Assembly (NCBI GenBank): GCA_030704615.1
Contig: CM060731.1
Coordinates: forward strand, 72,540,001-72,604,000
DNA length: 64,000 nt
Source of the DNA: Takakia lepidozioides
Taxonomy: Eukaryota; Plantae; Bryophyta
Direction: 5' to 3'
Of the stretch, positions 40,363 to 52,400 are shown piece after piece (the stretch's first letter is position 1; each line of letters opens with the position of its first letter). Under the pieces are notes generated by a model. The model saw only the letters and a list, made by a program, of their open reading frames with translations. It had not been told where the DNA came from and made no database searches. The translations under genes were made by a program, and so were the position numbers.

Positions 40363-40484
40363 CTGACTAACCAAAGTGGAGGGCAGCTTTTGAAGCACGC
40401 ATAGTTGAAATTCAGCAAAGAAAGAGCAATCAGAAGAAAAACAACAGATCTGAAGTAATCGCATACCCTTCTGGTGAGTCCCAT
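37066..40484 (-). CDS. PPAN: Peter Pan-like Brix-domain ribosome biogenesis protein; exons 40484-40467, 39941-39774, 39655-39425, 39263-39171, 39001-38814, 38632-38142, 37256-37066
   Basis: PKSFVLARGKL, DLRKLMMPHTA, LGVTHFL, GPTLTF, IDFRHYSI, KLHEVGPRMTLQLVKVEEG; consistent splice phases. Confidence 0.92.
37370..37700 (+). mobile_element. LINE 3' fragment (CCHC zinc-finger region) in a PPAN intron
   Basis: FKLRAGSLPL...CPLCGQPEDNIHFLNPCPGY. Confidence 0.65.
40292..40359. repeat. (GA)n microsatellite in PPAN intron 1
   Basis: Seen directly in the sequence. Confidence 0.95.
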
Positions 40485-40569
40485 GATGCCCCTCGCAGAA
40501 TGCGATTCCCCTGCCTTGCAAAACCTCCAAAGCTTCCTCGGACAACACGACAGTTTCGTCTTCAAAGAG

Positions 40570-40625
40570 CTTAGGTTTAGAGCTGTTAGGGTTAGGTTTG
40601 GCATTGTTAGGGTTTAGGTAGGTTA
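40570..40625 (-). promoter_or_regulatory. Telo-box-like cluster upstream of PPAN
   Basis: AAACCCTA and variants on the minus strand; typical of plant ribosome-biogenesis promoters. Confidence 0.6.
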
Positions 40626-41420
40626 GATTTTAAAAATACTTGTTTTTCGTTTGTTTTCTCAGATTCTCATAACTTATTGTACTCTCCTAGAATATTCCTA
40701 GAGTTTTATTAGTAGAATAAATAAAATAAAATAAAATAAAAAGTTTCTCGTATTATACAGTGTTTTTTATTTCACTTTTCCAAAATCGCAGGTAGGGCGA
40801 CATGTAAGTTCTACCAGCGCCCACGTGGCGAGAATAACGAGGTGACAGAGGTAGAAAAATAGCTCAGATGTCATAGTCTAACACGTACTATAAGAACAAT
40901 ATGGCTCCTTATATTTACCCATTGGCGCTTTCTGGCGATTTTCTTCATAATTCCTTAGTAAAAGTAGCTGCCCATTTTCTAGGCGATTTTTCGCCAGATT
41001 TAAATATACGAGTCATATATGAGCCGCCCTCATAGCTATTGGAATTCGACAGAGAATAGAAATAAAAGATGAACTGATTACTGAGAACTCTCCACCCAAA
41101 CCATAGGACCACAACAAGCTGTGTCCACCCTCCGAGCTCTCTTTATTTATACTCAAAGTCTAATCCAGAAATAGCTGAGATAACTATAACATAACTCCAT
41201 GTTTTTACTTAAGTTATCTCCATCTGCTATTCTGGTACAATGACTTGAGTCTCTAATAACTGAAGCTGAGTTTATCTATCTTTTAGCTAACTGAGGCTTA
41301 TTTCTAATGTTAACTGTGACTTGTCAGCACTACTATTATGGAAGCCTGACTTGTCATCACAGTAACTCTAGGTAGTAGTAACTTGGTCAGGAATTGATTT
41401 CCAACACCCCACTCAACGAG

Positions 41421-44400
41421 TTACCAAGTAAAGCATTTGACTATTCCCATTAAGCCTCGAAAGCGTTCAAGCTTTTCAGCACTAAGCCCTTTTGTCAGTA
41501 CGTCTGCAACCATGTTGTTGGTGTTGCAATATACAAGCTTGACAACTCCAACTTCAATATTTTCTCGTACCAAATAATGATGAATCTTAATATGTTTTGT
41601 GCGAGCATGAAACATTTGATTCTTTGATAGAGCAATACATTGTCATCATATATGACCATGATATCCATTTGTGGACGACCAATGCTAGATAGAAATGATG
41701 ATAACCATAAAGCTTGTCTTGTAGCTTGAGATGCAGCCATATATTCTGCCTCAGTCGAGGACATAACAATTGTAGATTGCTTCTTGCTGCTCCAGCTTAC
41801 AGCTTCATTCGCTATCATAAAAACATAGTCAGATGTAAAGTGACGGTCATCAACATTATCAGCCCAATCTGCATTACAATAGCTGTATAGCTCTGTGCTT
41901 TTGCAAGCACTATCTGAGATACCATATGAACCCACTTGATCCAACTGAACATTATCATTTTCTCAAACACAAACCATAGTCCAGTGTGCCTCATAGATAA
42001 CGAAAAATCCGCTTTACTGCAACCCAATGGAGTTGCCCAAGGTTAGCCACAAATTGGCTTACAACCCCCATTGCTTGTGCAATATCTGACCTTGTACAAA
42101 CCATTGCATACATGAGATTTCCCACAGCACTCTGATAGGGAACATCTCTCATTGTCTCTAAGTCTGCAGCACTCTTAGGACTCATCTCATTTGAGAATTT
42201 ACAATTTGGAACAAACGGGGTATTTACCGGCATATTTTCAGCCATACCAAAGCGCCTTAAGATATCTTCAAGATACTTATGCTGGTTCAGGTAAATCGCT
42301 CGGTCTTGTCGAATATAAGATACCAATACCCCCAAGCAGTACTGGATCTCTTTCAGATCCACTATCTCAAACTTCATTGAGATATCACTTTGTCTTTTTC
42401 AACAAAGCCTGATCAACACATGATCACAGGATCTCTTTCAGATCCACCATCTCAAACCTCTTTGAGATATCACTTTGTCTTTTCAACAAGGACTGATCAT
42501 TAACACATGATCACATGATCTCTTTCAGATCCACTATCTCAAAACTCTTTGAGATATCACTTTATCTTTTCAACAAAGACTGATCATTAACACATGATCA
42601 CAAGATCTCTTTCAGATCCACCATCTCAAACCTCTTTGAGATATCACTTTGTCTTTGTTTCAACAAAGTCAATTTGTTATGATCACACAACCATTATCTC
42701 AATCTCATTTGAGATATTGACACTATGTATGTGTTTCAACAGAGTCAAGTCATTACAGACCAAGATCAGATCATCAACATACAATGTTATGATCACAGAA
42801 GAGTTTCCATAAACCCTCTTATAATAAACACTATAATCAGCAGAACTCCTCTCAAACTCTTCAGCCATGAAATATATATCAATCTTAGTATTCCATGCCC
42901 TAGGGGATTGCTTCAAACCATACAAGGACTTGAGGAGCTTACACACCATCCTTTCCTTCCATTTTACAGCAAATCCCTCCGGCTGGTCCATGTATATTTC
43001 TTCGATAAGATCTCCATTGAGAAAGGCTGTACATACATCTATTTGATGTACCTCAAGATTTTCAACAGCAGCAAACGCTAGAATCACTCGAATTGACTTC
43101 TGCCCTTTCTTCCAACTGCAAAACAATTCAAATGCAAGAATGAACCAAAAAACAATCACAGCCAATGTAACAGCCAATGGAAAGAGAAGGACAGAAAAAT
43201 CGAAAAGAAAGTGACACAACAAAGGACATCATACCTGGCTCCAATAAGTGAACAGAGGAGAAGGTTTCATTGTAATCAATACCTTCAATTTGCGAAAACC
43301 CCTTTGCAACCAAGCGCGCTTTGTACCTTGCTACAGAACCATCTACATTATACTTAACCTTGAAAATCCATTTGCAGCCAACAGACTGCCGTCCAGATGG
43401 AAGTTGAACAAGACTCCAAGTCTTATTATCCTAAAGAGACTTAAACTCAGCTGCCATAGCTTCCTTCCAGTGTGAAGAGTTCCCACTCCTCATTGCATCT
43501 GACACACTTTGAGGTTCATCACTGTCAATGAAATAAACAGAAGATAATTTTGAGGATTTTTCAACCATAGTAGATTGTACCTCTTCCATTTGAACCTCAA
43601 CTATCTCTTCAACAATCTTCTCTTCCATTTTATCTTCATGTGCTAGAGTCAAATTCTTTTTTTCTGCATGGTCCATATAGTAACTTGGAACTATTGTTTC
43701 CTGATGAAAGTTCATGGACTCATTGAATATCTCATCACGACTGATGATCACATACTTGCTCTCAAGGTTATACAACTTATACCCTTTGGTTTCTTCACAA
43801 TAACCAATGAAAATACACTTGATTACTTTTGCATCCAATTTCTTTCTTACTTCTTTTGGAACATGGGCAAATGCAACACACCCAAAGACGCGCAAATGAT
43901 CAACTGAAGGTTTTTCACCCTTCCAAACCTCTTCAGGTGTTTTTGTAAAGATTGCCTTAGTAGGAAGTCGATTATGGAGGTATGCTGCAGTCGCCACTGC
44001 TTCTGCCCAGAAACGGTGGTCCAACCTCATGTGTTGCAACATACACCTCACACTCTCAACAAGTGTTCGATTCTTCTTCTCTGCAACTCCATTCTATTCT
44101 GGCGTATATGGTGTGGTTGATTGTTTCAGAATACCATTCTCCCTGCAGAACTGATTAAAGTTCTTTGAGATGTATTCACCACCACCATCGCACCAAAGAG
44201 CTTTGATTTTTTGTTCAGTTTGACTCTCCACCAAAGCTTTGAATGCCTTGAACCTATCAAGAATTCCAAACTTGTTTTGCATTGTGTAGAGAAATGTTTT
44301 CTTGGAAAAATCATCAATGAAGGTCAAGAAATACTTTGCACCTCTATGAGATTCAATTGACATAGGACTGCATAGATCTGTATGAACCAGCTCAAAAACC

Positions 44401-45186
44401 TTATTTGTTTGAGAACCTCCATCATTTGGAAATGAGTTGCAATGGTGTTCACCGTACACACATCCATCACAAAAACTCAAGATCCGATCTCCTGAAAGAT
44501 CCATGCCTTTAAACAGATTGTTAGCTGACATGCATGCCAAACTTTGCATTGAGACATGTCCAAGTCTCTGATGCCAGATGTTACTTTGCTTGAGAGTAGT
44601 AATACACTCCGCATGTAAAGCCTGGACAACCCCAACCAGCTTGTACAATCTTGCATCTTTCACTACCTCAACTATTACTTCACTGTCAAACTTCACCCAA
44701 CAATGATTGGTAGAAAAATTCAACCGTAAGACTTTGCTCAGTTAGCTGACTAACTGACAATATGTTCTTTGTCAATCCAAGAACAAAGAGAAGTCCTCAG
44801 ATCTCCTTCGACACTCCAGATGATAATTGAAACACAATAGTACCTTTTCTATAGATATCAAGACTAGTACTGATGTCTCCAAGATACACCTTGTGTCCCA
44901 CAGAGAGTTCTTTGAAGGTTGAGAATGCTTCTTTCTGGAACGTCATGTGCTGAGATGCCCTTGAATCAATGAACCATACATCTCTACAACTCGTAGAGAT
45001 TGACAAAGTTACAACAAGAAGTTCAGTCCTTTCAACCAATGCTGAAACCTCATTTTGAAACCTCTTCTTTTTCTCACCGTCTAGCTTTTTCTTGAAGCAG
45101 CCACGTGCATATAAGTGACCATCTAACTTCTCCACTCGGGTATGATCAGCAGAATGTGCTATGACACTAGTTTGATGTTTTGCCAA
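41421..45186 (-). pseudogene. pol: Copia pol pseudogene (PR, IN, RT, RNase H)
   Basis: WFIDSRASQHM, WHQRLGH, ELVHTDLC, LYGLKQSPRAW, LYVDDL, SSTEAEY, RTKHI; many stops and frameshifts. Confidence 0.92.
42340..42665. repeat. ~60-80-bp tandem array inside Copia RT
   Basis: GATCTCTTTCAGATCCA(C/T)...GAGATATCACTTT occurs four times. Confidence 0.85.
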
Positions 45187-46467
45187 CTATAAAACATCAT
45201 CAAACTTTCAGATCTAACTCTAAGCACTCAAGCTTTCAGATCTGACACCAAGCATTCAACTCCAAACATTCAAGCTTTCAGATTTAAACCCAAGCACTCA
45301 AGGCCTATTGGTTGTAAATCAAATACTCATCTCCTTCTATCTCTTAGACATAACCTTGCTCTGATACCATGTTGGAATTCGATAGAGAATAGAGATAAAA
45401 GATGAACTGATTACTGAGAACTCTCTACCCAACCATAGGACCACAACAAGCTGTGTGTCCACCCTCCGAGCTCTTCTTATTTATCCTCAAAGTTTAATCC
45501 AGAAATAGCTGAGATAACTATAGCATAACTCCATGCTTTTACTTAAGTTATCTCCATTTGCTATTCTGGTACAATGACTTGAGTCACTGAAGCCGAGTTT
45601 AGCTATCTTTTAGCTAATTGAGGCTTATCTCTAATGTTAACTGTGACTTGTCAGCACTGCTATTATGGAAGCCTCACTTATCATCATAGTAATTTTAGGT
45701 AGTAGTAGGTTGGTTAGGAGTTGTTTTCCAACAATAGCCAGGCTCCGCTGCTGGCGTGACAAGTCGTTCTATGATGTTTGAAAAAACAAAAAAAAATCGA
45801 TGTCATTAAGAAAAATAAACAGGTCTCCTTTAATTTAAAAAATAAACAATAAAATAAACAATAAATATTCTTTTGAAATATAAGAAATATTATTTTGACG
45901 ATTGTCTCAGGCGAATTTACGTTTTTAGTTTTGCATCTCGACCGTGTTCGACGAAAATCGACGGTGTATATATTTCTCGTCTTAATATACTTATTGACTG
46001 TCGATGATAGGATGAACGGCTCAGAGACTGGGTGTGCGAGAAAAGATATTGGGTATCTGAAACTTATTTCACACCCTAGATCGTTAAAACTCCAACGGTA
46101 GAGATGTGTCAAAGTTCACGGCTATGGCCACAGCCTTCGCTTCCTCGGTGCCTGCGGCAGTGGTAGAGATTCTCGGGTCCTCAACAGATTTTGTCCCTCG
46201 GGAGCGTCCGTCAGTTGCGTTCATTTTGTGTGGAAGAATCTGGTTGTGAAGCGAAGAGAGTTGTGGATTTTAGAGTCTTTTTAGTAGCCGGCAGTGTGTT
46301 TGTAACGGAAGGATCTGCTCTTGTGTCTGGAGTCTGTACTGGTGCTTTTAGGTTTGTCTGAGACGAGGTGCTTTACAGGGGTCTGGATTTGAGAAGTTTA
46401 GAAGTCTGTACCAGGAATTGAGGATTGTAGCAAGGAAGCAGGTATCCGTGGGAGAGTGGGTGCAGCT

Positions 46468-47923
46468 ATGGGTGTGATAGGAGATGCACTCGACTTAATT
46501 CCGCAGTACACAGGGCTGTCACCCACGACATTTTTCACGCTTGTGGCGCTGTTGGTGGGGTTATACTACCTAATTTCAGGACTTTTGGCCCCTCCCCCCC
46601 TCAAGTATGTGCCCATGGAGCCGCTGCCTCCCCCTGCGCAGCTTGGGGAGGTGACTTCGACGGAGCTTCTGGTTTATGATGGCACCGACCCCAAGAAACC
46701 CCTTCTCATGGCTATCAAAGGCAATATTTACGATGTCTCTCAATCTAGGTTGGTTCCTCTCTTATGCTTGTCATTTTTGTCTGTGGTGACCAGTGCATCG
46801 TCCTTGCTTCTCCTAGAAATTTGAATGCCAGATGATTTGTTTACTGTTCGTTGTGGATGAGCGCGGTGAACAGACCTTGGTGCATATAATCAAGAAGGGT
46901 ATGCTCTTAAGCTGTCATAGCGTTACACCTTGAGGGGCTCTCACATACTTCGGGCAGATTCTGCCCATAGAATAGCGTCCAATTTTGCCCAACATTTGGC
47001 CGAAAAACCCAATTGCACATGTTGTCCTTCAATATTCTTATTCAAGTCAGAAGATAGAGAAGTGAATAGATGGAAAAGATTGTTTGGTGTGTGGAACGGT
47101 GTATTCTGTTACTTGGTGCATTAGTTAATATAAGGGAAAGGAGAGTGGGGTCTGTCTGCCAATACTGCAGTTCAACTATTAGGCTTTTTTCAAAGTCAGG
47201 CTGTCATTGATATGTGCTTTCCAGTCACTCATTGGTCTCTTCCATCAACTAATACTCATGAGTTGAATTCACATGGCAAGCATAACTTTAGGTCCTTACC
47301 AAGGAGAGGCAGGGATACTCTTGGCCACTTGCCGCCTCAAGGCAGGCATGCCAAGAGCGATCGTACTCCCCTGCACCACTCCCTCTGCTGGATCGATGAG
47401 GTCTGCCCGGGCTCCTACAGCAAGGCTCTGTGGCCCCTGCAACTGTCCCCTGAATTTTGTAATAAATGTGGTGTAAGTACCAATTTGAGGTGACCATAAC
47501 TTTTCAATCATAAATTTGGGGTACAACCTTGTGAAGAGCAAGTACCCCAAAGTAGTAGTTATTTGTCAAAAAGCTTTCATTGCCAGACACCACACCCTGA
47601 CATAGTTCCATGCTTGATGAGAATTCTGCAGGGCATTTTATGGGCCTGGTGGGCCATATGCACTCTTTGCTGGAAAGGATGCAAGCAGGGCGCTGGCGAA
47701 GATGTCATTTGAGGATAAAGATTTGACAGGTGACATTGAGGGGTTGAGTACATATGAGCTGGAGGCTCTCACTGACTGGGAGTACAAGTTCATGAGCAAG
47801 TATGTCAAAGTGGGTACAATCAAAGGCTCTGGCGCCACGACCAATGGTGAGGAGGCTGCCCCAGCTAAGACCGATGCCCCTGCTGAGACTGATGCCCCTG
47901 CAGAGGCTTCTGCCATCCATTGA
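46468..47923 (+). CDS. MSBP: Membrane steroid-binding protein (cytochrome b5-like, MAPR family); exons 46468-46748, 47632-47923
   Basis: N-terminal TM segment; YDGTDPKKPLLMAIKGNIYDVSQSR spliced to AFYGPGGPYALFAGKDASRALAKMSF. Confidence 0.93.
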
Positions 47924-49407
47924 CAGGGATCTACCAATGTAGATGCACATGGTGGAGGGAGGGCTGCCCGTGTGGTCACAGTGTTGGCTGACACTCCACT
48001 GCAGGCTGCTGCATATGGGTGCTTTCTTCTCCCTGAGTTGTTCCTCATGTAGTCCAACAACAAAGACTTGCTCCTATCCTAAGCTTGAGCTTGAAAATTC
48101 TTGGAAGTTGCTGTTGGGGGACGGATTGTTTTGGAAAAAAAAAGAGATCAGACATTTCCAGCAGGGATCTTTGTTACCTGGGTGTAGAATCTTACATGCA
48201 AGCAGTACCTCTATATATATATAACATACATAGATACAAAGCAGTCTATCATCACTTGTTATATTTCAGCAGAAGTCTTGATATGATAGCTGGCAGAGGA
48301 AGGCCTTTCCAGCACTGGTGGTAATCTTTTGTATTAGCTTCATGTTACGGCTCAATTCAATCTGAATAGTCTATTTCTATGTACAGTCATCCAAGGGAGT
48401 GTGTTTTGAAAGGTTATGCTTTCAAACCTTCCATACTAATTGTTCTACTTAGATTCTTGTTTTTAGAGGCATGTTTTCATCAAATTAAGATTCAGTAAAC
48501 AGAATGCAGAAAAGTGTAGTCTGGTCTTGACTATACAATGCACCTCTCCACTCAGCCACTGTTCTGCCCAGCAGCTGTGCAGAGAGTGACCTATCACTTG
48601 AGCCTCAGCTGATTACCAAAGAAGGAACTGTGAATTGCAGTTGTGTGGTTGCTAATATGTCAACATTACCCACGGGTGTTATGAATCCTTGGAAAGAAAT
48701 GCTTGGGGTTCAGCATGGTTTTTGCACTAGATCTGCACAGAATTGCATGGATTGCTTCGGTTTCTCCAAAAACATTGCGAAGCTGGGTCTAGCATGTGCA
48801 GAGACAGTGGTGTGTAGCACACTTCCATTAATTATTGGTGATTATCTTTTATCTCCATACTTGTGAACACCTGAAACCACAGGACCTCATTTGCCTTATA
48901 TTTTAGAAGTGACTCGAGAGATCTTTTGGTATCTCAAACACAAGCACTTTCTGACCACTGCACATATTTAAACAGGAAATTACAACAAATTTTCTCCGCC
49001 TGTATGTAAGCACTTCTGCTCCCTAAATGCCCCTGGCCGAGAGGCCTGTAATACAGAACTGCCCAGAACTGCCCAGGTGACTTCCCAATATGGACAAAGG
49101 GAATTTTTGAGAGGTGCTTTGTGACTCAGTGGGAAAAGAACTACGGCAAATAGGAAAAATCGCAAACATTTGAAGTTCGGAGTTCCGACAGCCCTGAAGT
49201 TTAGTATTGTGATAATATCGCTAGTAGCATTACTGCTACTAATAGTACTATTACAAGCAGAAAACTGTAGCCTCATCGACGCATTAGAGGAATGAAGGTT
49301 TTAGTTCTTAGAAATATGAAGACTGCCTGCTCTTTCTCCCGATCTCCTCTTTCTTCAGGTACTTCAATAATAAGAATGTAGACTCCATAGAACTTGATCT
49401 TTATCAT

Positions 49408-52400
49408 TTACCAGCTCAAATTGGGTCTCGCTGCTGCTTCTTGCAGCTTGTCTTGGTGAGAAGACACCAACTCAGCCTGCACATCACAATTTGTAAAAGG
49501 GTTCGTAGTAAGGGACGCCCAAAAGACGTGCACAGAGACACTAAAACCTGTGTAAGCTGATGCATATGCATCAAGCATATGGACAGCTGCTCCCTGAAAA
49601 TTTTGCCAAGAAAGTCTCGAAGGAAGTGCATGACATTCAAATCTGGAGGGTAGTGATGTCACCTTACAAACTCGTATAAGAGGGTCAAGGAAGCAAGACT
49701 GAAAGTAGTGTACCCCTTTTCCCAGGGATGTCTTCTCCAAGTCTGCATTGATGTTGAAATGCAGGATACAGTTATCAACTCTGCCAACAAACTTGGAATA
49801 CAAAGTACCTTTGAAAACAAAATGTTGTAATGAGTGTATCTGACGTTGTTGAGCAAAATGAAGGAACTGGAACATCATCAAAAGTCATATGAAGATCCCA
49901 CAAATACCCATTAGCCAGCAAAGATGGAGGACAATCCATTGCAGTAAAACCTAGTGAATAGGACGATACCTCTTTTCCCCGGGCCATTGCCTGCAAGCAG
50001 GGCCTCAGCCTGATTGAGTTCATTCAGAAGCTATGCACACAATGCAATCGCCAGTCAGTACCTCATGTAACTATCTGAGACTGGCAAACTAGTCCTACAC
50101 AAGACCAGTGTTAGTAGACAATTGGGAGTGAGGCAATACAGTATCAATGAATATACAAGGCACTGATTATTTCTGTTTTGTACCTGAGATACAGTGGGCA
50201 CAACCGTAGGGTCAAAGCTTTCACAGTTTTGTGGATCGATAGGCACGCACACACGACCTGCAGGATCCACCATCGGTTTAAGTTACATGCTGTGCATGTA
50301 CATAGGGAGAGCCATGTTGCTGCATAAACGTACTCTTCTGTTTTAGTCTTACCAGTTTTTGGATGCACACAGAAGGGCGCCTTAAGCAAGTGATTCATGT
50401 GCTTCGTCACCTGGAAGAGCAAAGCCAACCCCGCAATTCCAACCTCCTTACATACTTGGGAGTCTCTACTACCATGAAAGAATATGCATTCTGATTAAAA
50501 AAAGCTCATGTGTTCAAAGGCAGGATCATTTTTTCAATTTAGCAATTCAAAACTGGGGCCTGTATATTACACCAGGAGCCAGGATATAAGTTGAAAGCAC
50601 ACTGGAGTGCTCTTTTGTTAATACTAACACCCTTTAAGAATATACCTCCAAGTCGAGTCTGGGGTAAGTATAGGAAAACACAATCTCCTCCACACATCGT
50701 CTCAAGGCTGGCCCCTGCTATACACCCAGCATTGTCCAAGAGCATAATTCAGATTGTGTTTCATGAGACACCCCCTCATGCAAGAAGATTTGGGACGCCT
50801 GAACTAGTCTCTGTGCACAGTGCTTTCAGGGAAGGTAGCTTGACTCAGACACATCCAGATGTGAAATGGGAAATCTACCTTTTGCTTAGACTCCAAGTTC
50901 TGTTTTAGTTGCCTCCATCGGGTCACATTGATTTCTTCTTTGGCAGCCGATGTGCGCCTGCTTTCCTGCCACCTGTCGCGCATCTGGGCCCTAACAGCTT
51001 CACAAATGCAAGTGTAATTTATTTCAAAAGCTAATCCAACACCTTCCAACACAGGGGGCATATAGATTTGGCAATGATACGAAGTCCAAGGCACATCTAC
51101 CGCCCCACAGAAATGCTTGCATTGCTCAAGAACTCTCCCCTAAAATTTTCCTAGAATAGATAACTCGCAACCTCTCGACAGAACTGTAAACAGGCATATT
51201 ACACATGACTCTTCATGTTTCCCTGAACTTGTTAGTTAAGGGTCAAAATTTCTGTTTGCTGTACATTTCAGTACCTTTTCTTGTTCACAGTTCTATGTAT
51301 TTCCTACCCGAAATCTTGAGCTGACTGGAATCAACATGAACCATAGTGGAAGCAAGGCAGGTTTAAATGGATACATTCATCCGGCACTAGCTCCAGTACT
51401 TTCTCGTAGTGATCCTCTGGATTTAACAAGCTTTGATCTAACAGTATCTTCTCCTCAAAGAACATCTTGAGCACTTCTGTATATGCTCGCCTGCAACAGA
51501 AGATGGAGTCTTCAGACATTAGCCTCACACTTGTTAGAAATTAAAATAGAGGGGCATGGATTGGTCTGTGAGAGATTAATAAGCTAGATAAGTAGATGGA
51601 GGTGGAGGACCAGCCATGCAAATGTCATCTTCATCTCCTCTCCTGTGAAGATTGAGAGGGGCAACTAGAGAAAAGCAAGAAGGGTACAAACAGCAGGCAA
51701 CAGAGGCACCAAAAAGGAGGGCCACATTACACTGTTTGAACGTCATACTTTTGCAATCTCATATAGATACAAAAAATATATCAATGTCAGAACCTAGTAC
51801 ACTGGAGAGGTAATTAAAGATAAAAAGATATACAAACAACATACAAAAATCACATTCTAGACAGCTGGAGAAGGCAGGCAAAGTGCAAAGAGCAGGACAA
51901 GGCTGAGTTACGTACGCAAATGCGGGGTGAAGAGCTGCTCCAGGTAGGGATACCTTTTTCACGTTATTCTCATTTCCCTGTATCAACCAGCCTTCCCATT
52001 AGCCTTCTCATGTTTGTTCATCAGATATTTCAAACACAGACCAGGCTTGATTCTCAGCATAGGTGCCTAGTAAGAGTCTCACAGCAACACCCAAACAACT
52101 GGCAGTTTATAGGAAAGCCTTGTGATCTCAAACTTAGATTTAACGAAAAAGCAAGCCAGGGCATCTATCTGCTACAGGTTGCAAAGGCCTTGCGCCTACT
52201 TTCATCTCTTTTCCTGCCACCCGCACATAAATTTATTGGTATTTGCAGTTTTCCAGGAGCAGAAGGAAGGCTTAAAAAATGTAGGTGTGACTGCTATCAC
52301 TTTTGTGCCCCCTTCCCGAACTGGTACTATTTTCATCTCATTGCTACAGATGGCTTATGACAAGGATGAGGTCATGGAGTGAACCTTGTAGGGACGGAAA

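Larger units (their letters stand above)
41037..45733 (-). mobile_element. Ty1/Copia LTR retrotransposon, decayed, gag largely deleted
   Basis: LTRs 41037-41406 and 45370-45733 (roughly 93% identical by eye); TSD ATAGC on both sides; PBS 45358-45369; PPT-like tract 41407-41416. Confidence 0.95.

Noticed and set aside
42340-42665. CRISPR-like array
   Set aside because: No unique spacers; it is amplified Copia RT sequence in a eukaryote
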